Source: a virus. From it: a stretch of 64,000 nucleotides of DNA. How positions within the stretch are numbered: the first letter of the stretch is position 1; each line of letters begins with the position of its first letter. The position numbers and the translations under genes are program-made. Under the pieces are notes generated by a model. That model did no database searches. It worked only from the letters and a program-made list of their open reading frames with translations, and had not been told where the DNA came from. The DNA lies in IMG/VR virus record IMGVR_UViG_3300046170_000505; one strand, written 5' to 3'. Shown here piece by piece: positions 40,225-49,686 of this stretch.

Positions 40225-42648
40225 ATGGATATAAAAGTTAAAAAGCGCAATGGTCGCTTAGAAGAGTTTCAAGTAGATAAGATTAACGCCAGCGCTCAGA
40301 GAGCTTGTGAAGATATAGAAGATGTTTCCGCCAGCGAAATTGTTTTAGATGCCCAGCTTCAGCTTTTTGATAAAATTACAACAAAAGAAATGGATACAGC
40401 TCTTATTTTGTCGGCTAGAGAAAAAATAGAGAAAGAACCAAACTATTCATTTGCCGCAGCAAGATTACTGCTTAACTGCTTATATAAAGAGGTCTTTAAA
40501 GAAGGCGTGGATTCAGATACATTCTCCCTTCAGTATAGAAAGACCTTTATTCAAAATATTAAAAAATTAGTAAAGCTAAACCGTTTGAATAAAAAACTAC
40601 TTGACTTTGATTTACAAAAACTTTCTGAAGCTTTAAGAATCAGGAGAGATAAAAATTTTAAGTATTTAGGTATACAGATACTTTTTGATAGATATTTTAT
40701 TAGGCAAGATGATAAAATAATGGAAGCACCCCAATGCTTCTGGATGAGAATTGCAATGGGTTTAGCTATAAATGAAAAAGATAAAACTGAAAAAGCTATA
40801 GAGTTTTATGATATGTTAAGCCAAATGCTTTATACTTCATCGACCCCCACATTGTTTAATAGCGGTACAGTTAAGTCTCAATTAAGCTCTTGTTATCTAA
40901 ATACTTTCGATGATAGTATTGATGGAATTTTTGATGGAGCTTGGCAAGAAGCTAGAAAATCTAAGTATGCTGGTGGGCTAGGTTTAGATGTAACACCATT
41001 TCGTTCAACAGGTTCTCATATTCAGGGTACCAATGGGATATCTAGCGGTTTAGTACCTTGGTTAAAAATTTATAACGATCTCTTAGTTGCTGTCAATCAA
41101 GGTGGAAAACGTCCAGGCGCAGGGTGCGCATACCTTGAACCTTGGCATTTAGATTTCGAAGATTTCTTAAACCTTAGGAGAAATACTGGGGATGACAGAT
41201 TAAGATGCCATGACATGAATACTGCTTCATGGATTCCAGACGAATTTATGAGAAGAGTTCAAAATGATGATGCATGGTACTTTTTTGATCCTAAAGAAAC
41301 CGCTCTTCATGATTGTTTTGGAAATGAATTTGACAAAAAGTATAATCAATTATGCGATAAAGCAGAAGAAGGTTTAATAAAAAACTACCGAGTTACCCCT
41401 GCAAAAGAATTATGGAAGAAAATGTTAAAAGTTCTTTTTGAAACTTCTCATCCATGGAATACATTCAAAGATCCCTGTAATATACGTTACACAAATCAAC
41501 ACGCAGGAATTGTCAACAGTTCAAATCTATGTACGGAAATAACTTTGCATACTAAAGCTTCTAAATACGAGCAGGGAGAAAAAACAGAGATAGGCGAAAC
41601 TGCTGTCTGCAACTTAGGATCGATTAATTTATTAAATCACCTTAATGAAGCTGGCAATGAATTAGATTATGTAAAATTAGAAAATACTATACGCGTTGCT
41701 ATAAGAATGTTAGACAATGTTATAGACATAAACTTCTACCCCACTAAAGAATCTAAAAATTCTAACTTCAAAAATCGTCCAATCGGATTAGGGGTTATGG
41801 CTCTTCATGATGTTCTTCATAAACTTAACATAGCAATAGACAGCGAAGAAGCTGTAGATTTCAACGACAAATTTTTTGAGTTTTATTCTATGCATGCTAT
41901 TTATGCAAGCTCATTATTAGCTAAAGAAAGAGGGTCTTATGAAAATTACGAAGGCTCACTATGGAGCAAAAATATACTCCCAATTGATTCTTATAACAAC
42001 TTAACTTCTTATAGAAACAAACAGGAGTTTAAAATAGGTGAAGGTCAAACCCTAAAAGGCTGGGGTAGAATAAGGCAACATGTTTCAGATTTCGGAATGA
42101 GAAATTCTAACGTTATGGCTATAGCTCCAACAGCTACAATTGGATACATAAACGGTGTCGAGCAAAGCATAGAACCAAACTTTTCAGTACTATTTGTTTA
42201 CGAAAACAAAAGCGGAAACTTTTATATCACCAACGAGCATTTTGTTAGAGATATGAAGTCCCTTGACTTATGGAGCCCAGAATTAGCAGAATTAGTTAAA
42301 AGCGTTGATGGTGATTTATCCATGCTAAATGGTGATATACCTAACGATATTAAAAGTAAATATAAGACCGCATTTGATAGAGACATGTTTACATTAATTG
42401 AAGCAAATGCAGCTAGGCAAAAATGGATAGATCAAGCAATTAGTTTTAATTTATATAACTCTCAAACATCATTAAAATATTTAAATGATATTTATATGAA
42501 ATGTTGGGAAAAAGGATTAAAAACAACTTACTACTTAAGAAATCGTGCAGCTAGCAAGATTGAAAAATCTACGCAATCAAATAACGAAGCTGAGTCTTGC
42601 AGTATAGAGGCAATGAAGAATGGAGAAACCTGCGAAAGCTGTCAATAA
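40225..42648 (+). CDS. nrdA: Ribonucleotide reductase class Ia alpha subunit with ATP cone
   Basis: VKKRNG ATP cone, TPTLFNSG, LSSCY, SNLCTEI, CNLGS, APTA, KTTYYLR, C-terminal CESCQ. Confidence 0.97.
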   Translation: MDIKVKKRNGRLEEFQVDKINASAQRACEDIEDVSASEIVLDAQLQLFDKITTKEMDTALILSAREKIEKEPNYSFAAARLLLNCLYKEVFKEGVDSDTFSLQYRKTFIQNIKKLVKLNRLNKKLLDFDLQKLSEALRIRRDKNFKYLGIQILFDRYFIRQDDKIMEAPQCFWMRIAMGLAINEKDKTEKAIEFYDMLSQMLYTSSTPTLFNSGTVKSQLSSCYLNTFDDSIDGIFDGAWQEARKSKYAGGLGLDVTPFRSTGSHIQGTNGISSGLVPWLKIYNDLLVAVNQGGKRPGAGCAYLEPWHLDFEDFLNLRRNTGDDRLRCHDMNTASWIPDEFMRRVQNDDAWYFFDPKETALHDCFGNEFDKKYNQLCDKAEEGLIKNYRVTPAKELWKKMLKVLFETSHPWNTFKDPCNIRYTNQHAGIVNSSNLCTEITLHTKASKYEQGEKTEIGETAVCNLGSINLLNHLNEAGNELDYVKLENTIRVAIRMLDNVIDINFYPTKESKNSNFKNRPIGLGVMALHDVLHKLNIAIDSEEAVDFNDKFFEFYSMHAIYASSLLAKERGSYENYEGSLWSKNILPIDSYNNLTSYRNKQEFKIGEGQTLKGWGRIRQHVSDFGMRNSNVMAIAPTATIGYINGVEQSIEPNFSVLFVYENKSGNFYITNEHFVRDMKSLDLWSPELAELVKSVDGDLSMLNGDIPNDIKSKYKTAFDRDMFTLIEANAARQKWIDQAISFNLYNSQTSLKYLNDIYMKCWEKGLKTTYYLRNRAASKIEKSTQSNNEAESCSIEAMKNGETCESCQ

Positions 42649-43033
42649 TGCTTCTGGCGTAGTTGTTTTTTATCAAAACTTCCTAGTTTTACTAGGGAAG
42701 CGCTCTAAGCTGTGTTATTTAACAGGTGAACCAGTTCCATACGGTGGATACTGGTCCATTTTTAGTGGCAGCATAGAAAAAGATGAAAACTCCAGGGATT
42801 GCGCCCAAAGAGAGTTGTTTGAGGAAACAAAAATAGAAGTAAAACCTTCCAGTCTTAACTTTTATAACACTATAAAGACTGAAAATTTAAATTTTCATAT
42901 ATACTCTTTACATACGAAACAAATTCCAAAAGTAACCATAAACCAAGAACATTCTAATTATGGTTGGTTTGGCTTAAATAGTTTGCCAGACAAAATAGAC
43001 CCCAAAATCTCAGACGCTATCAAAAATATTTAA
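42620..43033 (+). CDS. Nudix hydrolase
   Basis: GSIEKDENSRDCAQRELFEET Nudix box. Confidence 0.85.
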   Translation: MEKPAKAVNNASGVVVFYQNFLVLLGKRSKLCYLTGEPVPYGGYWSIFSGSIEKDENSRDCAQRELFEETKIEVKPSSLNFYNTIKTENLNFHIYSLHTKQIPKVTINQEHSNYGWFGLNSLPDKIDPKISDAIKNI

Positions 43034-43038
43034 GTGTA
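43034..43038 (+). promoter_or_regulatory. GTGTA upstream motif
   Basis: 9 nt before ATG 43048. Confidence 0.6.
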
Positions 43039-43047
43039 CTCATTGTT

Positions 43048-44250
43048 ATGAGACTTAAATTAAAAACATTACTAGGCTACGCATTGCTCGATAATCCTAT
43101 CGGCAAATTAATTAAAGATAACAAATTTTCTGGTTACAAATTAAATGTTTCAGAACTAGAACCTGACCCAAGAGACTGGAAGCATGTAAAAAGAAAAATA
43201 CAATCCAAAGATATCGATTCAAAAGAATTCTCTAGGCGAAAAATTAGCCCTACAATAAAAGATCAAGGGAGAATTGGGTCTTGCGTCGGGCATAGCGGAA
43301 GAGTTCTTCTTGGTTCTGCTAAACTTTTTAAATCTGAAGAGCCAAGCCCAATGTGGATTTATCAAAAAGGTAAAAAATATGACGCATGGGCTGGAGAAGA
43401 TTATTCTGGAACCTCAATAAGAGGCGCCGCTATGGCAGCTAAAACGGAAGGGTGCTGCTTTGAATCTTTTTGGCCTTATATAGATGATGAAAAATCTAAA
43501 CCAGAAGAAGGTGCTGAATTAGACGCTTCTTATAAAAAAATTCATTCTTTTTACACCATCCCAACTAATGAAACAAACGAGATTAAAAGCATGTTGCTCA
43601 ATAGGCCTCTATGGTATGCTTTTATGGTTTATGATAATTTCTTTTCTATAAAATATGATGGAGTTGTTGATACAGAAAAATATTTATCTTCAAATAAAGC
43701 TGGTGGTCATGCTGTATGCATGATTGGTTGGAAAACTATCAATGGTAAATTGTATTGGGAATTTCAAAATAGTTGGGGAATTTTTCACGGTAATCTTGGC
43801 TGCTTTTATCTTGAAGATTCTTTATTTAAAAAAATAATAATTAACTCAGTAGGACCCTATTATGTCGAAATTAATAATGGCTATATTAACCCTGAACCAG
43901 ATCCTGTCGAACCCGATCCTGATCCAGAACCTATTAATCCTGACCCTGTTGACCCTGAGCCAGATCCAGAACCTGTAGACCCAGAACCTGATCCACAACC
44001 TGTAGACCCAAAACCTGACCCAGAGCCCGTAGACCCTAAACCAGAACCCGTAAAGCCAGAACCTAAAAAACCTTGGTATAAAAATAAAATTATCTTAATT
44101 GCTTCTGCTGCTTTAGTATTATTCAGTTCCTTGTTTGTTTTATTTAATTGTACTGGCGAAGAAGAAAATTACATACCTAATCCCCCATATATAGACGAAA
44201 ATGGTAATATTGATTGGGATAAAAAGTTCGAAGACGAAATAAATAAATAA
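43048..44250 (+). CDS. Papain-like (C1) cysteine peptidase with Pro-rich stalk and C-terminal TM anchor
   Basis: DQGRIGSCVG, GGHAVCMIGW and QNSWG catalytic motifs; PEPDPV repeats; IILIASAALVLFSSLFVLF. Confidence 0.9.
   Translation: MRLKLKTLLGYALLDNPIGKLIKDNKFSGYKLNVSELEPDPRDWKHVKRKIQSKDIDSKEFSRRKISPTIKDQGRIGSCVGHSGRVLLGSAKLFKSEEPSPMWIYQKGKKYDAWAGEDYSGTSIRGAAMAAKTEGCCFESFWPYIDDEKSKPEEGAELDASYKKIHSFYTIPTNETNEIKSMLLNRPLWYAFMVYDNFFSIKYDGVVDTEKYLSSNKAGGHAVCMIGWKTINGKLYWEFQNSWGIFHGNLGCFYLEDSLFKKIIINSVGPYYVEINNGYINPEPDPVEPDPDPEPINPDPVDPEPDPEPVDPEPDPQPVDPKPDPEPVDPKPEPVKPEPKKPWYKNKIILIASAALVLFSSLFVLFNCTGEEENYIPNPPYIDENGNIDWDKKFEDEINK
43891..44064 (+). repeat. Pro/Glu/Asp low-complexity coding repeat (PEPDPV/DPKPEP)
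   Basis: Tandem degenerate PEPDPVD-type units inside the C1 peptidase ORF. Confidence 0.9.
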
Positions 44251-44271
44251 AAAAGCACTCAAGTTTTATTT

Positions 44272-44276
44272 GTGTA
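44272..44276 (+). promoter_or_regulatory. GTGTA upstream motif
   Basis: 9 nt before ATG 44286. Confidence 0.6.
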
Positions 44277-44285
44277 TTACTTGTT

Positions 44286-44900
44286 ATGAGTAAAAAGAAA
44301 AAACAAATATGCTGGATGTGTCTTTTAGGGTTTTCATTACTAGGTTCCATAATCTGGTTTTTAGTAGGCTGTCAAGATTCTAAATTTGAAGAAATTAAAT
44401 CTATACCTGTAGTAGAAAGCAATGAAAACCATCTAACCCATTTTGATATTTCAAGGCATTTTGCCTACAAAAAATCTATGAACTGGGTTGACACCAAAGT
44501 GCCCACTGATATTAAAGTTTTTTTACTAGATGGAAAGTATTCTATAGTTGACTACTATTTTTTTAAAAAATTTAATAATTGGTTTAAAAAACTACAATTC
44601 GAAAACGGCATTTTACCCATAGATCAAAAAGAAAATCTTGATTGCGATAATTTTGCTATGCTTTATAAATCTTTAATGTCGGTGGCTGGTTATAAAAGCT
44701 CTTCTGAACATGAGCCCGCTGTAGCTCTTTTAGTTTTAAAACAAAAAAAACCTTTTGGCGGCATACCTTCTGGTGGACTACACATGCTTTGTTTAGTTTT
44801 TACAAGCAACGGTTGGTATATAATAGAGCCACAAACAGGCGAATATATATTACTCGAAGATTATCCGAATCAAGAGAGTATTTTATATATGATAATTTAA
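44286..44900 (+). CDS. Putative lipoprotein with transglutaminase-like Cys-His-acid triad
   Basis: Signal peptide with lipobox-like LVGC; DCDNFA, LHML, IEPQ. Confidence 0.6.
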   Translation: MSKKKKQICWMCLLGFSLLGSIIWFLVGCQDSKFEEIKSIPVVESNENHLTHFDISRHFAYKKSMNWVDTKVPTDIKVFLLDGKYSIVDYYFFKKFNNWFKKLQFENGILPIDQKENLDCDNFAMLYKSLMSVAGYKSSSEHEPAVALLVLKQKKPFGGIPSGGLHMLCLVFTSNGWYIIEPQTGEYILLEDYPNQESILYMII

Positions 44901-44901
44901 T

Positions 44902-44906
44902 GTGTA
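44902..44906 (+). promoter_or_regulatory. GTGTA upstream motif
   Basis: 11 nt before ATG 44918. Confidence 0.6.
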
Positions 44907-44917
44907 ACTTTGGTTAA

Positions 44918-45232
44918 ATGAATTTAATCATAGAAGCCCCTCTATCAGAGCCACCCAGTGAAATTTCTTGCTTTAGAGATGTTACTTTGTATGGAAAGAC
45001 TTTTGTTTTTGACGATGTCTTATTGCTTTGCAAAAAAGGAACCAGATCTATTTATTGGAACTGGTTAAAAGAACACGGCGCCCATGACTTTATTTCCTAT
45101 CTATTAACTGATAAAGAAAAAGAGTCAGGTTTCTTAATTCACACAAAAAAAGGAGATTTAACTCTAGATAGAATAAATTATTACACAACCAATATCGTCT
45201 TAACAAAGATAAAAAATATTAGATCATTATGA
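44918..45232 (+). CDS. Hypothetical protein
   Basis: 104-aa ORF preceded by the GTGTA motif. Confidence 0.6.
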   Translation: MNLIIEAPLSEPPSEISCFRDVTLYGKTFVFDDVLLLCKKGTRSIYWNWLKEHGAHDFISYLLTDKEKESGFLIHTKKGDLTLDRINYYTTNIVLTKIKNIRSL

Positions 45233-45538
45233 ATCACTTAAAAGTTTTAACCGTTTTATTTTGTGCCCCTTTCTTTTCTACTTGCAGTATTAGAGACTTA
45301 AAGTCAGAACCCGACCAATTCAAAATACACTCAACAGGCCGACTTTGATTTTGAAGAAGTTGATACAAACAAAGATTCTTTTATAGATAAAAAAGAAATT
45401 AAAGCATTTAAAGCTTCTGAAAACAAAGTAAAGTCAAAAGATTCGCTTTTGGTTATTTCATGCATAATAGGGTCAACATTACTTGTTTGTTTTAGTCATC
45501 AAGTTTATGTATTTTTTAGTGGTAAATTTAAAAAATGA
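45229..45538 (+). CDS. Small membrane protein with EF-hand-like loop (frameshifted; absent from ORF track)
   Basis: Signal-like N-terminus from ATG 45229; in a shifted frame DTNKDSFIDKKE (EF-hand loop pattern) followed by a hydrophobic helix. Confidence 0.5.
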
Positions 45539-45540
45539 TC

Positions 45541-45569
45541 TTGACATAAGCTTTAAAACGTTTTATTAT
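45541..45569 (+). promoter_or_regulatory. sigma70-like promoter for nrdB
   Basis: TTGACA-N17-TATTAT, 7 nt before ATG 45577. Confidence 0.75.
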
Positions 45570-45576
45570 AACCGAC

Positions 45577-46590
45577 ATGGACACTAAAACAGGACACCTA
45601 TTATCTAATAACATTGCTGGTGTAAACAGAATATTACCACACAAGCACAAATATGCTTGGGATCTCTTTTTGAAAAGTTGCGCTAACAACTGGATGCCAA
45701 CAGAGATATCAATGCAAAACGATATAAACCAATGGAAAAACAATGAAATCACAGAATCTGAAAAGCTTCTTGTCAAACGTTGTCTTGGATTTTTTGCTGG
45801 GAGCGAGTCTTTGGTTGGTAATAATCTTCTTCTTAGTGCCTTTAGATATATTACTGACGCTGAGTGTCGCCAGTATATCCTTCGTCAAGCGTTTGAAGAA
45901 AGCCTTCACAATTTAACTATTGTTTATGTTTGCGACAGCTTAGACCTCGATATAGATGAAGTCTTTGCCGCCTATCAGAACATTCCAAGCATAAAAGCTA
46001 AAGACGACTTTTTGATGCAAATAACCGATGATATTGGTGCTGAAAATTTTAATCTTGACTCTAAAGAATCAAAGCAAGCTCTACTAAGAAACTTTCTTAC
46101 CTACTGGGTTATCTGTGAAGGAACTTTCTTTTTTAGCGGCTTTGCAATGTTGTTAGCTTTGGGCAGACAAAATAAGTTACAAGGAATTTCTGATCAAATA
46201 AAATATACCTTACGCGATGAAAGTTCTCATATTGCTTTTGGTACTTATTTAATTAACACTCTTATTGAGCAAAATCCTGAAATATGGACTCAAGAAATTC
46301 AAAACGAATTCGTGGATCACATCAAAAAAGCCGTTGATCTTGAAATTGCTTATGCTAAAGACGTTCTTCCTACTGGTATCTTAGGGTTAAATGCTGACAT
46401 GTTTGTCGATTATATGTATTATATAGGAAATCGTCGGCTTGAAGGCATTGGCTTAGATTACCGTTTTCCAAGCGACAAAAACCCTTTTCCTTGGCTTGGC
46501 GAGGTTGTTGATGTACAGGCTATGGGTAATTTCTTTGAGCGCAGGGTAAGAGAATATCAACAAAGTGGTTCTCTAGAAGACGATTTTTAA
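45577..46590 (+). CDS. nrdB: Ribonucleotide reductase class I beta subunit
   Basis: WMPTEI, EESLH, EGTFFFSGF, RDESSH, NFFERRV. Confidence 0.95.
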   Translation: MDTKTGHLLSNNIAGVNRILPHKHKYAWDLFLKSCANNWMPTEISMQNDINQWKNNEITESEKLLVKRCLGFFAGSESLVGNNLLLSAFRYITDAECRQYILRQAFEESLHNLTIVYVCDSLDLDIDEVFAAYQNIPSIKAKDDFLMQITDDIGAENFNLDSKESKQALLRNFLTYWVICEGTFFFSGFAMLLALGRQNKLQGISDQIKYTLRDESSHIAFGTYLINTLIEQNPEIWTQEIQNEFVDHIKKAVDLEIAYAKDVLPTGILGLNADMFVDYMYYIGNRRLEGIGLDYRFPSDKNPFPWLGEVVDVQAMGNFFERRVREYQQSGSLEDDF

Positions 46591-46598
46591 AGTTTTTT

Positions 46599-47141
46599 AT
46601 GGATAAATATAAGTCTAAGCTTTTAAGAAAGCTTAAAGTTGAATGTTCTACTGTAGAAGAAGAACTTTCTCACACAGTTTTACTGTTTAATTCTGCAACA
46701 CCCTTGTTTGTTTCTTCAGTTAATTCTTATTGCGATTCCAATTCTTTAAAAAATCCTTTAGATTCATTGGATGAGAAAAACAAAGAAGATGACTTTGATG
46801 AGTTTGGCTCAGGTTTCTACTCTGTATTCAGAAAGATTGTCGTTAAATCTCACCCTGACAAAACAACAGAAGATAAATTAAACTCTTATGTTGGCGCAAC
46901 ATCAGCCAAAAAAGAAAAGAATATCAATAAATTAATCTCTGTATCTAAAGATTTAAATATAGATCTCAATGAGTTAAGTTACTCCGACATTAAAGACATA
47001 GAGCTTAGCATAATCAAAACAGAAGAAAAAATAGAGAAGTTAAAAAACAGTTATCCATACATTTGGTATCTTTCATCTGAATCAAAAAAAGATTTCATAA
47101 TAAAGAATTTTGTTAAATATTTTGTGTATCCAGAAAATTAA
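46599..47141 (+). CDS. Hypothetical protein with J-domain-like HPD motif
   Basis: FRKIVVKSHPDK. Confidence 0.5.
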   Translation: MDKYKSKLLRKLKVECSTVEEELSHTVLLFNSATPLFVSSVNSYCDSNSLKNPLDSLDEKNKEDDFDEFGSGFYSVFRKIVVKSHPDKTTEDKLNSYVGATSAKKEKNINKLISVSKDLNIDLNELSYSDIKDIELSIIKTEEKIEKLKNSYPYIWYLSSESKKDFIIKNFVKYFVYPEN

Positions 47142-47182
47142 TTACTCTTCTTGAAATATTCAATTCCGTGTAATTTATATAC

Positions 47183-47290
47183 ATGGGTCTAATCATTAAG
47201 AAAGCAGGAATTCTGCTGTTAAAAAAAACAGGACATCTTCTGGTAAAGAAAACTCCTATAACTAGTTGCGGCCCACTTCCAAGTATTTAG
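47183..47290 (+). CDS. Putative 35-aa basic peptide
   Basis: MGLIIKKAGILLLKKTGHLLVKKTPITSCGPLPSI; GTGTA motif 10 nt upstream. Confidence 0.4.
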   Translation: MGLIIKKAGILLLKKTGHLLVKKTPITSCGPLPSI

Positions 47291-47319
47291 AATAAAATAA
47301 AATATTGTCAAGATTTAAG

Positions 47320-47324
47320 GTGTA
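47320..47324 (+). promoter_or_regulatory. GTGTA upstream motif
   Basis: 10 nt before ATG 47335; another copy at 47168 lies 10 nt before ATG 47183. Confidence 0.55.
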
Positions 47325-47334
47325 TTTATTCTTG

Positions 47335-47583
47335 ATGAAGTTTTTCCAAAACATATACGACAATGCAAATAAATGGCTTGACTCAAAACTTAAAGAGGTA
47401 GAAGAGCAAGAGCGCGAGTTTCAAGTATTCGAAATACAATACGATGAAATCAAAAACCCTAAACCAGACTGGTCTAATGTTTATAAAAATATACCTGTTT
47501 CTTATGAAGAAATGATTAAGTTTGATAAAAATAAAAAAACTGGGTTTTTAAAATCTCCAACTCCTCCAACAGAATCTCTCTGA
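47335..47583 (+). CDS. Hypothetical protein
   Basis: ATG 47335 lies 10 nt after GTGTA and is preferred over the TTG start at 47305. Confidence 0.55.
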   Translation: MKFFQNIYDNANKWLDSKLKEVEEQEREFQVFEIQYDEIKNPKPDWSNVYKNIPVSYEEMIKFDKNKKTGFLKSPTPPTESL

Positions 47584-47584
47584 T

Positions 47585-48715
47585 ATGAGTAAACTAAAAG
47601 TATTACACCTGTCTTCCACAGGTAAGATTTGCGGCATATCTACATATCTTACTAACTTGATTAAACATTTCAATAATGAATGTGAGCATGACCGTTATGA
47701 TATTACAGATAAAGTTGTTATGGCGGACTATAGCAAAGAAAGAATCATTGCTTTTTTTGACGATTTTGTTGATTACTGTAAAGGCTATGATGTTATTCAC
47801 ATACAAAATGAATTTGGTTTATTTAATGGCCCTTTTGGTTTAGACTTTTCAATGAAAGTTTTTTACAGAATTTTGTATAAACTAAAAAAAATGGGCAAAA
47901 AAGTATTTACCACCTACCACTCTGAACCTTCTTTTTTAAAGGCTGCTGGTTTATTTAATTTTGAAAATCGAGGCTGCGCAAAGTATTGGAAGAAAATGGC
48001 TAAGCTTCACACAAAAGAAAACAATATAGCCGCAATTGTTCATACAAAACCTACCGAAGCTATTTTTAAGCAAACAGGTTTTAAGAATATTATCTTAATA
48101 CGCCATGGAGTGCTAGAACGACAACTTCCTAAAAATTTTAAGATCAAACAAAAAGAAGATCCAGTCATTTTAGGTATGTTTGGATTTGTAAGCCCTTATA
48201 AAGGGCATGAATTTGCGCTTTCTATACTCGATCTTTTGCCCAGCAACTTTAAACTCTATATTATTGGCGGCAGGCATCCTGCGAGTGAAGGCGAAGAAAT
48301 AGGTAGGATATTAATAAAAGCCAACGAAATGGGTTTATCTCAAAGGGTTCTTATTACTGGTTGGACCACTCCCGAAGAAGCAGATATTCATCAATCTCAT
48401 TGCGATGTTTGCCTTGTTCCTTATCAAACGACTGAAATTTCTTCTTCTGGCGCTATTACATGGAATCTAACTTCAGGGAAACCTGTTATAGCAAGCAATA
48501 TTAGATCTTTTAGAGAAATTAATAATGCTTGCCCAGGCGGAGACCCAATGTTTTTATGTCACCATACTGAACGCGCTGAATGGGTCTGGGCTATAAAAAG
48601 AGTTCTAAACGAACCTAAACTTAGAAACGGCTTAATCGATAATGCCCGCAAATATTGCGACGATTTTTCTTGGACAAACACGTGTAAAAAACATATAGAA
48701 TATTATAAAAAATGA
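47585..48715 (+). CDS. GT4 glycosyltransferase
   Basis: CGISTY, HIQNEFG, FGFVSPYKG, SSGA, GKPVIASN. Confidence 0.9.
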   Translation: MSKLKVLHLSSTGKICGISTYLTNLIKHFNNECEHDRYDITDKVVMADYSKERIIAFFDDFVDYCKGYDVIHIQNEFGLFNGPFGLDFSMKVFYRILYKLKKMGKKVFTTYHSEPSFLKAAGLFNFENRGCAKYWKKMAKLHTKENNIAAIVHTKPTEAIFKQTGFKNIILIRHGVLERQLPKNFKIKQKEDPVILGMFGFVSPYKGHEFALSILDLLPSNFKLYIIGGRHPASEGEEIGRILIKANEMGLSQRVLITGWTTPEEADIHQSHCDVCLVPYQTTEISSSGAITWNLTSGKPVIASNIRSFREINNACPGGDPMFLCHHTERAEWVWAIKRVLNEPKLRNGLIDNARKYCDDFSWTNTCKKHIEYYKK

Positions 48716-49686
48716 ATAACTTACCATCATCTGATGAAGTTCTAAAGCTTCCTTCTTTTGTTGTTTCTTTAAAAAGAAATGAAGCAAGATTTCTTCATAC
48801 AAAAAAAATATTAAATAAAGCTGGATTCCAAACAGTTCACCCTTTTGAAGCTGTTGACGCAATAGCCGCAAGAGATTCGGAGGACGAGTGGGATCAAAGA
48901 ATCCGTCCTTTTGGCGAATTCCTAGGTCTACCTTGGAAGAAAAATGAAGACGGGTCATGGATGAAAGGTGGCGCAGGAGGACCTTTTGGCATGACTCTAT
49001 CTCTTCTTACTCTTTGGGGTTGGTTATCTTTATCTAATAAAAAAGGTCTTATGATTTTTGAAGATGACGCTCTACCAAGACCAGATTTTCTAGAAGTTTT
49101 TCCTAAATACTGGAATTCTATAGAACTTGAAGATGTTGACATGGTTTACCTAGGAGGTCAAAAACACCCTAATGATAAAGATCAATATGGATCTGAAAAT
49201 GGCTTACATATTAATTGTCCCATGCAATGCCTTCACGCTCATTATATAACAAAAAAGGGAGCTAAGAAAATATTAGATTTCATGCCAGTAATGGGAGATT
49301 TAAGAAGGCGTCACATTGATAAATTTGGTTCTCCTCGATTTTGCCCTATAGATACAACTATTTGTGAAATAGGCAAAAAAAGGGGTATCCTTCATTTATG
49401 TGATGAAGTCAGAGCTGGACATCATAAAGATAAAATTCCAGACTTTAAATGTGTTTCTTTTCTTGGGGACGAAATTCCAGTAAAAGGAAAATACGATGGA
49501 ACTCCTTGGGAAGGCAGAGATGATGGAATAATTCATCAAAATGCTGACTTGGGCAGTAATATTCACGGCCTCGCAGTTTCTCGCATGAGGAAGGAAGAAG
49601 AAACCGAAAAAGAAGGGCACGACGTTTTTCATGAAAGCATAATGAAGATAGATGAAGAAACAGGAAAAGGGTATATAGAACAATGA
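48712..49686 (+). CDS. GT25 glycosyltransferase
   Basis: VVSLKR, FEAVD, IFEDDA, HAHYITKKGAKK. Confidence 0.85.
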   Translation: MNNLPSSDEVLKLPSFVVSLKRNEARFLHTKKILNKAGFQTVHPFEAVDAIAARDSEDEWDQRIRPFGEFLGLPWKKNEDGSWMKGGAGGPFGMTLSLLTLWGWLSLSNKKGLMIFEDDALPRPDFLEVFPKYWNSIELEDVDMVYLGGQKHPNDKDQYGSENGLHINCPMQCLHAHYITKKGAKKILDFMPVMGDLRRRHIDKFGSPRFCPIDTTICEIGKKRGILHLCDEVRAGHHKDKIPDFKCVSFLGDEIPVKGKYDGTPWEGRDDGIIHQNADLGSNIHGLAVSRMRKEEETEKEGHDVFHESIMKIDEETGKGYIEQ

